DNA of 64,000 nucleotides. Origin: an uncultured delta proteobacterium (lineage in GTDB: Bacteria; Myxococcota; Myxococcia; SLRQ01). The translations under genes were made by a program, and so were the position numbers. Positions 8,546 to 21,678 of the stretch are shown here, one piece after another. Location: the NCBI GenBank assembly GCA_963727485.1, contig CAVSGM010000009.1:1-64000 (forward strand). Reading direction: 5' to 3'. How positions within the stretch are numbered: position 1 is the stretch's first letter; the number at the start of each line of letters is the position of its first letter. The notes under the pieces are model-generated. The model did not search any database. It saw only the letters and a list, made by a program, of their open reading frames with translations, and was not told the origin of the DNA.

Positions 8546-10337
8546 TCAGTAGACCTTCACCACCTTGGCGCCGTTGTAGTAGTGGCGCAGGATCGCCAGG
8601 TCGTCGAAGCCGTGCTCGGCCATGCCGATGGCCCCGACCTGGCACATGCCCACCCCGTGGCCCCAGCCCCCGCCCTTGAACACGAAGGCCGTGGGCACCC
8701 CGGCGGAGCTCTTCTGCACCGTCACGTAGAACATGGCGCTGTTCAGGCCCCCGAACAGGCGCCGGATGGGCAGCTCCCGGCGCACCACCGCGTGGCCCGT
8801 GGTGCCCGTGATCCGCACCGCCGTCGCCCGTCCCGACACCCCGCGCCCGAGCACCTCGATGCGCCGCACCGAGCCCACCCCCAGGCGCCTCACGTCCGCG
8901 TCCATGTCGCTCGCCGGAATCACCCGGGTCCAGCGAAACTTCCCCTTGGTGTCGATGCTCGCCAGCTTGCACCACGCCGGCGGCGAGCTGTCGATCCACG
9001 CCTTCACGTCGGCGGTGCCGATGCCCGCGGCGTAGCGCGCCCACTTCCCGGTGGGCGCGAAGTCCGGCCGGCCGCGGAGCACCGGGTCCGGGGTCTGGGC
9101 CCAGACCACGTCGTTGTTCTCGGTGAAGCCACCGCAGACCGCCGAGTAGACCGCGTTCACCAGGTGGCCCTGATCGTCGACCAGGACCTGGCCCGCCGTC
9201 GCCTCCACCGCCGCGTTGGTCGAGGCCACCGCCGCCTTGCGGCCCTTGTAGACCTGGCAGTGCTGGGCGGCGCAGAGCAGCGCCGGGTCGGCGAGGTGGC
9301 GGGTGCCGATCTCCGCCAGGATCTCGCTGCGCGCGGTGATCGCCTGGGCCTGGAGGGCCGCCGGGGGCGCCGAGGCGTAGGTCTCCGCGGGGACCACGCC
9401 CCGGAGCAGGGTCTCCAGCGGCAGGACGTTGACCACCGAGAGGCCCTTGGGATCGACCACCACGTCGACCGTGCCCGTGTAGCTCCGGTCCTCGCGGCCG
9501 TGCCACTTGTAGCCGACGCCGAACTCCACCTGCTTGACCACCAGGTACGCGCCGGGGCCCTCGGTGCCCAGGCGCACCAGGGCGCCGGCCACCGCCAGGG
9601 GCGTGCCGTTGGGGTCGAGGACCTCGACCGGGCCCGTGGGGCGGCGCCGGAGCACCTCGTGGATCGCCGGCGCCTGGCCCGTGAGCCGCGCCACCGCGTC
9701 GCTGGCGCGCTCGGCCCAGCTCGCGTCGCCGGGGCCGTCGAGGAGGACCAGCACCCGGCGGTTGTCGAGGACCCGGCCGCCGAGGCCGAAGATGCTCCCC
9801 ACGGTCACCGACCGGACCCGGTGGCCCCGGCGCCGCCAGGTGCGCCGGGCGGCGGCGAGGCCGGTGGCGTCGCCGGGGCGCAGCTCGGCGACCACCGGGT
9901 ACCGGCGCACGTCGCCCGGGTCGTGGGGCGCCGAGGGGACGAAGGTCAGCGGCTGGCCCTCGGGGACCCTGACCGTCTTCGCCGGCTGGCCCGGGCGGGG
10001 ACGGACCCGGGCCACCAGGGGGCCGCCCAGGGCCTCCACCGAGACCTGGCGCTGGCCGTCCATGAGGCGGACCGTGACCACCGGGGCGCCGTCGGGGCCG
10101 AGGCGCAGGGAGGTGCGGTAGAGGGCGTCGAGGGGGTCGTCCGGCGCCTGGGTGAGGGTCGGCGGCGGGGGCGCCTGGCCCGTGTCCTGGGAGGGGCCGG
10201 CGACCGCGGGTGGGGGCGGCGTGGGCGGGGCCGGCGTCGGGAGCTCCGGGGGCAGGCGGCGTACCCGCACCCGCGTGCGCCGGCGCCGCCACCGTGAGGG
10301 CGGCGGCGAGGAGCAGGGCCCGGCGGCCCCCAATCAC
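8546..10337 (-). CDS. SpoIID/LytB domain protein (frameshift near 10260)
   Basis: VNVLPLE..LRGVVPAE, AQAITARS, CQVY and GWGHGVGMCQ motifs. The signal peptide lies in a different frame from the body. Confidence 0.85.
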
Positions 10338-10439
10338 CTGCGGGGGGATCCTCAAGACCCGCGGAGTCTACCGGATGACCGCCGCGCCGCCGACCATCGG
10401 CCGGCGACCACCGGGTCCCGCCCCGCCCGCGCCGTCAAG

Positions 10440-10502
10440 ACCGCGCCCCGTCCACCGGCGCCCCGCCCGCGCCCCCTAGAACCGCGCCCCGTCCACCGGC
10501 GC
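10440..10502. repeat. 22-bp direct repeat with 41-bp period
   Basis: ACCGCGCCCCGTCCACCGGCGC at 10440-10461 and 10481-10502. Confidence 0.85.
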
Positions 10503-11366
10503 GCCCACCCGCGCCCGGAACGCCGCCTGGAGCCGTCGGGTCACCGGGCCCGGCCGCCCCTCGCCCACCTGCGCCCCGTCCACCCGGGTCACCGGCAGGA
10601 TCTCCCGGATGGTGCTGGTGAGGAACGCCTCGTCGGCGCGCGCGAGGTCGCCGGCGGTGAGGGGCCCCTCGTCCACCTCGACCCCGGTCTCCCGGGCGAG
10701 GGCCAGGACCGTGGCCCGGGTGACGCCCTCGAGGATCCCGACGTCCAGGGCCGGGGTGCACAACCGGCCACCGCGCACCAGGAAGACGTTGCTCGACGCC
10801 CCCTCGGTGAGGTGGCCGCCGGCGTCGAGCATCACCGCCTCGTCGGCCTCACGGCCCCGGGCCTCCCGGAGCGCCAGCACGCTGTTGAGGTAGTTGCCGG
10901 TCTTGGCCGCCGGATCCACCGCCGCCCGGCGGTTGCGCTCCACGCCCACCACCGCCACCGCCGCGCCGGCCTCGTAGAGGGCCCGGGGCGGCTGGTGGAG
11001 GGGCTGGACGATGAGGATCGTCCGCGGGTCCTCGGCGAGGCCGGGGTCGAGGCCGATGGGCCCGGCGCCCCGGGTCACCACGATGCGCACGTAGCTCTCG
11101 TGGCCCTCGGCGAGGTCGTCGGCGGCGGCGAGCACCCGGTCGACCTCCGTCGCCAGGCGCCCGGCCGGCCAGGGGAGCGTCAGCCCGATGCGCGCCGCCG
11201 AACGCCCCAGCCGGTCGAGGTGCGCCTCGGTGGCAAACGGCCGGCCCTGGTAGGTGCGCAGGACCTCGTACACCGAGTCGCCGTAGAGGAAGCCCCGGTC
11301 GAAGACGCTGACCACCGCGTCCTCGGGGGCCACGATCCGCCCGTCGATGTCCACCAGCCGGCTCAT
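10476..11366 (-). CDS. Class IV aminotransferase (IlvE/Dat/PabC family)
   Basis: DRGFLYGDSVYE, AKTGNYL, EGASSNVF and LEGVTR motifs. Confidence 0.93.
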   Translation of the reverse strand: MSRLVDIDGRIVAPEDAVVSVFDRGFLYGDSVYEVLRTYQGRPFATEAHLDRLGRSAARIGLTLPWPAGRLATEVDRVLAAADDLAEGHESYVRIVVTRGAGPIGLDPGLAEDPRTILIVQPLHQPPRALYEAGAAVAVVGVERNRRAAVDPAAKTGNYLNSVLALREARGREADEAVMLDAGGHLTEGASSNVFLVRGGRLCTPALDVGILEGVTRATVLALARETGVEVDEGPLTAGDLARADEAFLTSTIREILPVTRVDGAQVGEGRPGPVTRRLQAAFRARVGAPVDGARF

Positions 11367-11442
11367 GGGGCGGCAGCTTCGATCCGGCGACCGGCGTCGT
11401 CAACGGCCGCGCCCGCCGTCCTTTCACCCGGCGGCAAAAAAT

Positions 11443-11470
11443 TTGACGGCCAATCGCCCCCCGGTACGGT
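11443..11470 (+). promoter_or_regulatory. Candidate sigma70 promoter
   Basis: TTGACG-N16-TACGGT preceded by an A-tract, unusual in this GC-rich DNA. Confidence 0.45.
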
Positions 11471-11488
11471 GGTCCCACAAGGTGACAC

Positions 11489-11971
11489 ATGCCTGTTGCA
11501 CATCCCACCACGACCACGACCGCCGGCACCGACACCATCGAGTGCACCCGCTGCCACACCCCCATGGAGACCGTGCCCTCGGCCCACCGGGGGACCGACT
11601 ACTGGGTGTGCCCGCGGTGCCGGACGCGCCTCGCCTCCGCCTACTCCGAGGTCCTCCGGGCCGGCGCCGCCGCCCGGGTGAAGCCCGCCGAGCCCGAGCG
11701 GCCCGACCCCCGCTCCGGCGCCGACTGGTCGCGGATCCGGGACCGGGCCGAGCGCTGGTTCGCCCGCCTCGACGCCCAGGACCCCTACCGCACCCTGGGC
11801 CTGCCGCCCTCCGCGGACTTCCCCACGGTCCGCGCCCGCTACCACGAGCTCGCCGGGCGCCACCACCCGGACCACGGCGGCGACGGCACCCAGATGCGCG
11901 AGGTCATCGACGCCTACAAGCAGATCCGCGGGCGGCTGGCGCGCTCGAGCGCCGCCCTCACCGTCCGCTGA
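11489..11971 (+). CDS. Zinc-ribbon plus C-terminal J-domain protein
   Basis: CTRC..CPRC followed by DPYRTLGL..HHPDHGG (HPD motif). Confidence 0.88.
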   Translation: MPVAHPTTTTTAGTDTIECTRCHTPMETVPSAHRGTDYWVCPRCRTRLASAYSEVLRAGAAARVKPAEPERPDPRSGADWSRIRDRAERWFARLDAQDPYRTLGLPPSADFPTVRARYHELAGRHHPDHGGDGTQMREVIDAYKQIRGRLARSSAALTVR

Positions 11972-13744
11972 CCTGCGCCCCGTCGCCGGCGTCCGCGTCC
12001 ACCGCCCGGCGCCCGAAGCGCCACAGGTAGATCCACAGGGACGCGCCCAGGGTCAGGCCGAGGATCGCCTTGGCCCACACCGGGAAGAGCGACCCCGGCG
12101 AGACGAAGCCCTCGACCAGCCCCACCAGCACCAGCCACGGGGCCCCGCCGAGGACGATGCGCACCGCCCGGCGCCCGTAGAGCTCCAGGGCCTCGCGTCG
12201 CGGCAGGCTCCCGGGGGCCACCAGCGCCCTTGCCACCGAGAGCCCCGCCGCCCCGGCGAGGACGACGACCGAGAGCTCCACGAACCCGTGGGCGAGGATG
12301 AAGGCGAGCAGGTGCAGCGCGACGCCGTGCTGGGCGGTGGCCACGAAGGACACCCCGATAATCGCCCCGTTGAGGAGCATGACGAAGGTGGTGGTGACCC
12401 CGGCGGTGAGGCCCCCGACGAAGGCGGCGATGGTCACCGAGATGTTGTTGGTGAGGATCCGGGCGCCCATCACCGAGGGCGGGGCCACGGCGAGGATGTC
12501 GTCGGTCCAGACCTTTCCCCCGCGGACCGCGTGCATCAGCCGGGGGCCCAGAACGGCGTCGGCGACCCGGGGGTCGGCCCAGGTGAGCAGGGCCCCGACG
12601 GCGACGCCGAGGACCAGCAGCGCCGCCGAGATCCCCACCTCGGGGAGCGAGGCCCACACCGCCCCGGGGAAGCCCCGGCGGAAGAAGTCGCCGAGGGCCG
12701 CGCGGCGCCGGTCGCCGCCCCGGTAGATCTGGCGGTAGGCCCGGGCGGCGAGGCGGTTGAGGTAGGCGGCGGGGACCGTCCCCGGGAAGAAGGTCTGGGC
12801 GTGGGCGAGGTCGCTGGTGACGCGGCGGTAGAGGCGGTCGAGGTCGGCGACGTCGGCGAGCGGCAGGCGGCCGTCGGCGAGGCGGTCGAGGAGCTGCTCG
12901 AGCTCGGTCCACGCCGGCCGGCGCCCGTGGACGAAGCGCACCAGGGCGTCGGCGCCCCGGCCCGCCCCGGCCTGCTGCCCGCGCCCGGCCACCAGGCGGC
13001 CGAGGGTGGCCTCGGCGACAGAGGGATCGGCCCGCGCGGCCGCGAGGTCCGAGGTGCCCAGGGCCGGGGCGGCGGCGTCGAGGGCGGCGGCGAGGACCCG
13101 GTCCCGGGCGGCGCCGTCGAGCCCGGGCAGGCGCTTGAGGGTCTCGGCGACCACCTCGAAGGCCTCGGCGGAGAGGGCGCCATCGCCGGCGCCGGGGCCG
13201 CGGCGTCGGCGTCCTCGGGGGGCCGGTCGTAGAGCGAGAGGTCGATGGGGGCGTCCTTCACCAGCACCGTCCCCGCCAACAGGTCCCCGAGGCGCTGGTG
13301 GTCCCGGGTGATCACCGCCGAGGTGAGCCCCACCGCGTAGAGGTTCATCGGCACGCCGTCGACCAGGCGCGCCAGGTTCCGCACCGCCGAGGTGGCCAGG
13401 TCGTAGGGCTGGCCGTCGACGCGGACCACCCGCAGGCCCAGGAGGCGCTTGCCCGGGGTCTGGCCATGCCAGGCCCACTCGAAGCCCAGCGAGTAGCCCC
13501 AGTTCACCACGAACACCGCGATCACCAGGAGCGCCTGGAGGAGCGTGGAGAGGCTGCCGAGCCAGCGCACCAGGTTCCCGTGGATCAGCAGGGGGAGGAC
13601 GAAGGCGACCAGCAGCCAGACCATCAGCCAGAACAGCAGCAGGATCCCCACGTCGACCAGGAACGCCAGCGCCCGGGGCCCGATGCCCGCGACGTCGTAG
13701 GCGACGGCGACCCGCTCGGGGGTCTCGAGGAGCCGCCGCGCCAT
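11958..13744 (-). CDS. RDD-family / SpoIIM-family fusion membrane protein (frameshift near 13190)
   Basis: RDD motifs (RALAFLVD, GQTPGK, QRLGDLLAGT) followed by SpoIIM motifs (TNNISV, HGFVEL, GLVEGFVSP). The RDD tail is in frame with SpoIIM. Confidence 0.8.
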
Positions 13745-13748
13745 GGGC

Positions 13749-15592
13749 CTAGGCCGAGGCCTCGCCGCCCTCCTCGCCGATCTCCCGGGCCATGATGCCC
13801 TTCTGGTAGGCCTCGAGGATGGCGCGTCGGGCGAGGAGGCCGAGGACCTTCTTGGGGTCGTCCTCCTCGACCACGATGAGGTGCTCGAGGTCCTGGCGGC
13901 CGAAGAGGCGCAGGGCCGCGTGGAGGGTGTCGCGGGGGGTCACGGTGACCAGCGGCCCGGTGGTGGCCACGTCGCCGACGACCAAGAGCGGCCACACGTC
14001 GCGCTCGAAGAGGATGTCCCGGACGTCCTGGGTGGTGATGACCCCGGCGAGCTCGTCGTTGTCGTCGACCACCGGGAAGTAGGTGAACCGGCTCCCCGGG
14101 AGGTAGTGGAGGAAGTCGCCCAGGGGCATCGAGAGGGGCACCGGCTGGTACTCGCGGGAGTAGAAGGCGCCCACGTGCAGCGCCTTGAGGACGTTGGCCT
14201 CGTGGCCGTCGTGGATGTGGATGCCCCGGCGCGCGAGGTCCAGGGTGTCGATGCTCTCGGGCTCGAGCGACCGCGCCACCAGCACCGCCGCCACGGTGGC
14301 GAACATGATGGGGAGCATGACCTTGTAGTCGTGGGTGACCTCGAGGAGCAGGAAGATTCGAGGTCAGGGGCGCGTGGGTGGCGGCGCCGAGGAGCGCCCC
14401 CATGCCCACCAGCACGAAGGTCCCCGGGTGGGCGATGGTGCCGTGGTGGATCTCGTTGACGATCTCGGCGAAGCCGCCGCCGAAGGTGCCGCCGATGACC
14501 AGCGCCGGGGCGAACACGCCGCCGGAGCCGCCGGCGCCCAGCGTGATGCCGGTGGCGAGCATCTTGCCGAGCGCGATGGCGACCAGAAGCCACCCGCCCC
14601 AGTGCTCCGAGCGGAAGAGCATGTTCAGGGTGGGGTAGCCGTTGCCGGTGACCCACGGCAGGATGATGGCGATGAGGCCGACCATCAGGCCGCCGATGAT
14701 GGGCTTCATCCACTCGGGGATGGCCCAGGCGTCGAAGCGGTCCCGGGCGCCGTAGACGGTGCGGATGTAGCCGTAGGCGAGCACGCCGAGGAGCACGCCC
14801 ATCACCGCGTAGAGGGCGAGCTCGTGGTTGTAGTGCCAGGGGTAGTCCTTGACCACCAGCGCCGACGCCTCGTTGGCCTTCACCCAGTGGTTGAAGACCT
14901 CGGCGGTGGCCGAGGACAAGACGATGAGCATGAAGCTGCGCAGCTGGAACTGGCCGAGGAGGATGATCTCCTGGGCGAAGAGGACGCCGGTGATGGGCGC
15001 GCCGTAGGTGGCGGAGATGGCGGCCCCGGCGCCGCAGGCGATGAGCACCTTGAGGCGCGCGGCGCTCGAGCGCATGTAGCGGCTGACGGTGGAGCCGACG
15101 GCGCCGCCGATCTGGACGATGGGGCCCTCGACGCCGGCGCTCATCCCCGAGCCCATGGTCACCGCGGCGGAGATGGTCTTGAGGATGATCCACCGGCGCT
15201 TGAGGTAGCCGCCCCGGAGGTTGACGATCTCCAGGAGCTTGGGCAGGCCGTAGCCCTTGATGTCGCCCGGGAAGATCTTGTCGAGGATCACCAGGCACAC
15301 GCCGCCGAGGATGGGCATCAGCGGGATGAGGTAGAAGCGCCCGCTGTAGTCCCCGAGGTGGGCGTTGAGCGCCCCGCCGATGACGTTGAAGAAGAGGTAG
15401 TGGGCCCCGTCGAGGGCGGCGCGGAAGGCCAGGTTGGCCGCGCCGGCCAGGAGGCCCACGATGACCGCGATGGCCACCGCGGTGGTGTCGGCACCGGGGA
15501 GCAGGCGGACGCGCCGAAGGCGCTCCAGACCACCCGCTCCCCTGTCCCTGCGAATCGCTGTCTTCTCCGGTCGCTGCGCCTTCAGCCGCCAT
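13749..15592 (-). CDS. ClC chloride channel/antiporter with CBS pair (frameshifts near 15530 and 14358)
   Basis: GYGLP, GVEGP and GGVFAP signature motifs; CBS domains follow in the next frame. Confidence 0.9.
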
Positions 15593-15617
15593 CTCGTTCT
15601 CCGTACACCCCGGCCGG

Positions 15618-16969
15618 TCAGCGCACCTCGGCGCGCTCCATCTTCTGGTAGGCCCGGGCGGCCCGGACGCCCTTGGCGTCGAGCCAGCCCTGGTCGACCA
15701 TGATCTTCAGCACCGCGGCGTCGTTGGACTCGCGGTCGTAGTACCCGGTCACCTCCGCCCAGTCGGCGGCGTGGAGGGGGTCGAGCTTCACCGCCTGCCC
15801 CAGGACCTGGTACGCCGCCTTCTTCTCCTTGGGCTTGCAGGCCAGAAGGTAGAAGGCCTTGGCGGCGAGGACGGCCCCGCGCGCCTTGTCGGGGACGCCC
15901 GTCAGCGCCAGGCCCTTGTCGACCGCCAGGCCCGCGGGCTTGCAGCCGTGGGCGGTCTCCAGGGTGCTGCGGACCAGGCGGGCGTAGACCCGGGCGGTGT
16001 CCGCCGGGTGGCCGGCGCCGGTGCCCAGGGCGTCGAGGTAGATCTGGTAGTACCTGGCGGCGCCGCCCCAGTCCTCGACGTGGTGGAGGGCGTCGGCCCA
16101 CTTGCGCGCCCACCGGGCCTTGGTGGCCGGGGTCTTCGCCGCCTGGAGGGCCAGGTTCATCTCGGCGCCGGCGGCGTCCATGTGGCGGTAGCGGGCGGCC
16201 ACGAGGCCCAGGCCTCCGTGGGCGTCGGCGGGGGAACGGTCGGCCCAGTCGTGGTCGGCCTTCAGGGCCGCCTGGTACCGGGTCCTGGCGGCGTTGGCGT
16301 GACCGGTGGCCAGGAGGAAGTCGCCCACGTGGGTGAGGACGCCGCTGCCCTTGGGGCACGCGAGCTCGGCGGCTGCCGCCTGGAGGCGGAGGCGGCGGAT
16401 GGCGGCGTCGCGGGCGGGGCCCGGGCCCAGGCCGTCCTCGCCCAGGGTGGTGGTGAGGGCGTCGGCGAGGGGGACGACGGCCTTGTCTGCGTCGGCGCAG
16501 GTCTTGGCCGCGGCGCCGAGGCCGGCGGCGTCGTAGGTCCCCACCTCGAACCGGGAGCCGGCGTTCACCACCTCATGGAGGGTGCCGCCCTTGGCCCGGA
16601 TCTTCACCTGCTCGTCGACGAAGGGTCCCCGGGCGCCCTCGGGCGACTGGGCCTTGGCCGCGTCGAACCGCCAGGTGACCGGGTTGAGACCCGCCTTCCT
16701 TAAGCGTCGTTCCCGAAGGCGAGCTGGACCCCGAAGACCTTGCCCTTGGAGGCGAGGAGCACGGCCTGGATGGGGACGCCGCCGGGGTTCTGGTAGACGA
16801 AGCGCCCGGCGCCGCCGATCCAGTGCCCCGTGCCGGCCTTGGGCGTGAACGCAGACTTTGCCTGCGCCACGGTCTGCCCCGGCTGCATCCCCATGAGCCC
16901 GTGGTGGGTGCACCCGGCCGTCGAGGCGACCAGGACGAGGCACGCAGCCAGGCGGACGGGCCCTTGCAT
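15618..16969 (-). CDS. Lipoprotein with TPR-like helical repeats (probable frameshift near 16700)
   Basis: Lipobox TAGC. The upstream ORF stops at 16700 while the adjacent frame continues into TPR-like Ala/Tyr helices. Confidence 0.6.
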
Positions 16970-17117
16970 GGCGCGCACACTAGCCCCATGGCCCCCAGGC
17001 TTCAACACCCCGGATCCTGGGACCATCCGGGGGCCCCGGGGGCCCGGCGGCGCTTGCGGGATGGGCAGGCCCCGTGGTACCAAGCGCCCCTCATTGGACC
17101 TGTTTCGGGGGTGTTGC

Positions 17118-17690
17118 ATGTCGACTCGCGTCCTCCTCATCGGCGCCGCCATGGCGCTCCTCGTTGCCGGGTGCTCCCGGGTCGACTACATCGACCTCAA
17201 GCCCACCGACGCGGTCCTGACCCGCAAGGGGCAGAGCCTCCAGCTCCACGCCAAGCCCATGGACCAGGCCGGGAACTACTATCCGGAGGTCATGCTCACC
17301 TGGAAGAGCTCGGACCCCTCGGTGGCCAAGGTGGACGACAAGGGCATGGTCACCGCGGAGAAGTCGGGCCACGCCTGGGTGAGCGCCACGGGCAAGGGCA
17401 AGACCGCCAAGGTGCAGGTGCAGGTGAACCTGGTCTCGGCCATCAAGATCCTCGACCCCGAGGTGACCCTCTCGATGGAGGCCAACGAGCGCTTCCAGCC
17501 GCGCATCGAGGTCTACGACGCCCACGGCCAGAAGGTCGAGGGCCGGCAGGTGTTCCTGACGCCTGCGGACAAGTCCATCGTCACCGTCGACGGCCAGGGC
17601 GGCCTGTGGCCCCAGAAGGTCGGCGAGACCACCGTCGAGGCCAAGATCGAGGGCCACACCGGCACCATCCACGTCAAGGTGACCAAGTAA
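17118..17690 (+). CDS. Lipoprotein with two bacterial Ig-like (Big_2) domains
   Basis: Lipobox VAGC; WKSSDPSVAKVDDKGMVTA motif. Confidence 0.85.
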   Translation: MSTRVLLIGAAMALLVAGCSRVDYIDLKPTDAVLTRKGQSLQLHAKPMDQAGNYYPEVMLTWKSSDPSVAKVDDKGMVTAEKSGHAWVSATGKGKTAKVQVQVNLVSAIKILDPEVTLSMEANERFQPRIEVYDAHGQKVEGRQVFLTPADKSIVTVDGQGGLWPQKVGETTVEAKIEGHTGTIHVKVTK

Positions 17691-17693
17691 CTC

Positions 17694-17766
17694 GGGTCGC
17701 TAGCTCAGTTGGTAGAGCAGTGGACTTTTAATCCACCGGTCGTAGGTTCGATTCCTACGCGACCCA
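17694..17766 (+). tRNA. tRNA-Lys (TTT)
   Basis: GGGTCGC/GCGACCC acceptor stem, GTGGA-CTTTTAA-TCCAC anticodon arm, GGTTCGATTCC T-arm; no encoded CCA. Confidence 0.97.
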
Positions 17767-17795
17767 CTTCGCAGCACGCATCGCAGCACGCATAC

Positions 17796-17871
17796 GTCCC
17801 CGTCGTCTAGTGGCCCAGGACGCTGGCCTTTCAAGCCGGCAACGCGGGTTCGATTCCCGCCGGGGACGCCA
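17796..17871 (+). tRNA. tRNA-Glu (TTC)
   Basis: GTCCCCG/CGGGGAC acceptor stem, CTGGC-CTTTCAA-GCCGG anticodon arm, GGTTCGATTCC T-arm, encoded CCA. Confidence 0.97.
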
Positions 17872-17875
17872 CCTG

Positions 17876-17910
17876 GAGCCCCCCGCCCATCGGCGGGGGG
17901 CTTCTTCTTT
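17876..17910 (+). terminator. Rho-independent terminator after the tRNAs
   Basis: AGCCCCCCGCC/GGCGGGGGGCT stem followed by TCTTCTTT. Confidence 0.85.
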
Positions 17911-18122
17911 CAAGCAAGCTCGACCCACAGCTCGCCGTCCACCACCCAGTACCGTCCGGTGAAGTCGGCGACGCCCGGGGTGCCCGAGGTCTCGAGCTCG
18001 GCGATCACCTCCCGGGGAGACCCGGTGAACGGCCCGTCCACGGTCTCCGGGTCGTCGTCGTGGTCGTCGGGGGTGTCGCCGTGCGGGAGCACGTGGACGT
18101 AGGCGAAGGTGCGCTGGGTCAT
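17910..18122 (-). CDS. Small acidic hypothetical protein
   Basis: GGAGGG RBS and GC3-biased codons. Confidence 0.55.
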   Translation of the reverse strand: MTQRTFAYVHVLPHGDTPDDHDDDPETVDGPFTGSPREVIAELETSGTPGVADFTGRYWVVDGELWVELA

Positions 18123-18178
18123 CTGTCCCTCCACGCACATGCTACCTTGGCTTCCCCGCTCTCGCCCCGAGGTTCACC

Positions 18179-18877
18179 ATGCGCGCCCGCCCCGCCCTGC
18201 TCGCCCTCTGCACCCTGGCCCTCGTCGCCGGCTGCGGCTCCAACAAGCTCCAGCAGTCCTACGACGCCTGCAAGACCGACCTGGCCACCGCCAAGGGCCA
18301 GGTGACGACCTGCCAGTCGGCCTCGAGCGACTGCACCGCCAACCTCGACACCTGCCAGACGAACGTGGGCGCCTGCAGCTCGGCGCTGACCACCTGCCAG
18401 ACGGACGTCGAGAGCTGCAAGACGGACCTGACCAGCGCCCGGGGGGACCTCTCCAACTGCCAGGGGAGCCTCTCCACCTGCCAGGCGGACCTGGGCACGG
18501 CGCAGGCGGCGCTGGGGGCCCTCACCGCCACCGACGGCGACCTGACCAGCGCCCTCACCACCCCGTCCGTGAGCTTCGTCCATACGGTCCGCGGCCCCAA
18601 CCCCGGCTACGGCGTCGCCACCGGCAACTACACCTTCAACTCCGACGGAAGCTTCTCGCTCACCCAGGGGCCCCTGGCCTGCATGAGCGGCAGCGTCACG
18701 CTGGGCCCGACCCAGACCCTCACCGGAACCTGGCAGGTGAGCGGAAGCACGGTGACCCTGACCTTCACCGGGAGCCAGACGACGACCTCGCTCACGGCGG
18801 TCAAGGCGAGCGACGGCACGGTGGACCTGCTCGACTTCGCCATGGAGGCGCTCTACGTCCCGCAGACCACGGGCTAG
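18179..18877 (+). CDS. Lipoprotein with Cys-heptad coiled-coil stalk and beta-rich head
   Basis: Lipobox VAGC; Cys every 7 or 14 residues; GAGG RBS. Confidence 0.85.
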   Translation: MRARPALLALCTLALVAGCGSNKLQQSYDACKTDLATAKGQVTTCQSASSDCTANLDTCQTNVGACSSALTTCQTDVESCKTDLTSARGDLSNCQGSLSTCQADLGTAQAALGALTATDGDLTSALTTPSVSFVHTVRGPNPGYGVATGNYTFNSDGSFSLTQGPLACMSGSVTLGPTQTLTGTWQVSGSTVTLTFTGSQTTTSLTAVKASDGTVDLLDFAMEALYVPQTTG

Positions 18878-19127
18878 GGCGCGCGGTGGCCTTGGGCGAG
18901 AGGCCAGGGGTCTACGGACAGTCGCAGACGAGCTCGCCGGCCCAGCCGGCCAGGTCGGGGACCGGGGCGCCGCAGGGTACCAAGGTCGGGGGGCCGTCGC
19001 CGACTCCCCCGGCGGCGAAGAAGCTCTCGTGGTACCTGCACCCACGCGGCTGGGCTTCGAGGAGAGCCTCGGTGTGCTGGCCAGGCCCGGTGTGCACGGC
19101 GAAGTCGGGGGAGCTCCCGCGCCCGCC

Positions 19128-19156
19128 TTGACCTCCCCGCCCCCGGAGAGTAGACG
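19128..19156 (+). promoter_or_regulatory. Candidate sigma70 promoter of icd
   Basis: TTGACC-N17-TAGACG. Confidence 0.4.
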
Positions 19157-19293
19157 AACTGCCCCACGCGCCGGCATTTGCTGGCGTTTTTCCCCAGGCG
19201 ACGGCATCGCGAGACCCCGCGGGTGGCCCACGGCGCCAGGGAACCTAAATCCCCAGGCCCACGCTCCCCCGCGAACCCCCCGGAGAACCGACC

Positions 19294-21522
<2,229 letters not shown>

Positions 21523-21678
21523 CGCCGACGCGCGGCGATGAGGCGACCGGCGGTCCCCGGCGCGGGGCCGCCGGCGCGGGACAGGCAAGCGGGACAGGTA
21601 AGGTGACGCCCCCGATCCGGTGGACGGACACTCCGTCTACCGGCAGGGGGCGTCTGCCGCGAGCGCTGGGAGTGTCCC

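Noticed and set aside
8546..13744. Endospore sporulation locus (SpoIID and SpoIIM names)
   Set aside because: Both families are widespread in non-sporulating bacteria and the genes are not coupled here.
17694..18900. Integrative island at the tRNA pair
   Set aside because: No integrase and no duplicated tRNA 3' end seen in the window.
18912..19097. 61-aa Cys-containing ORF on the - strand
   Set aside because: No convincing start or RBS; may be a gene remnant, but unsupported.
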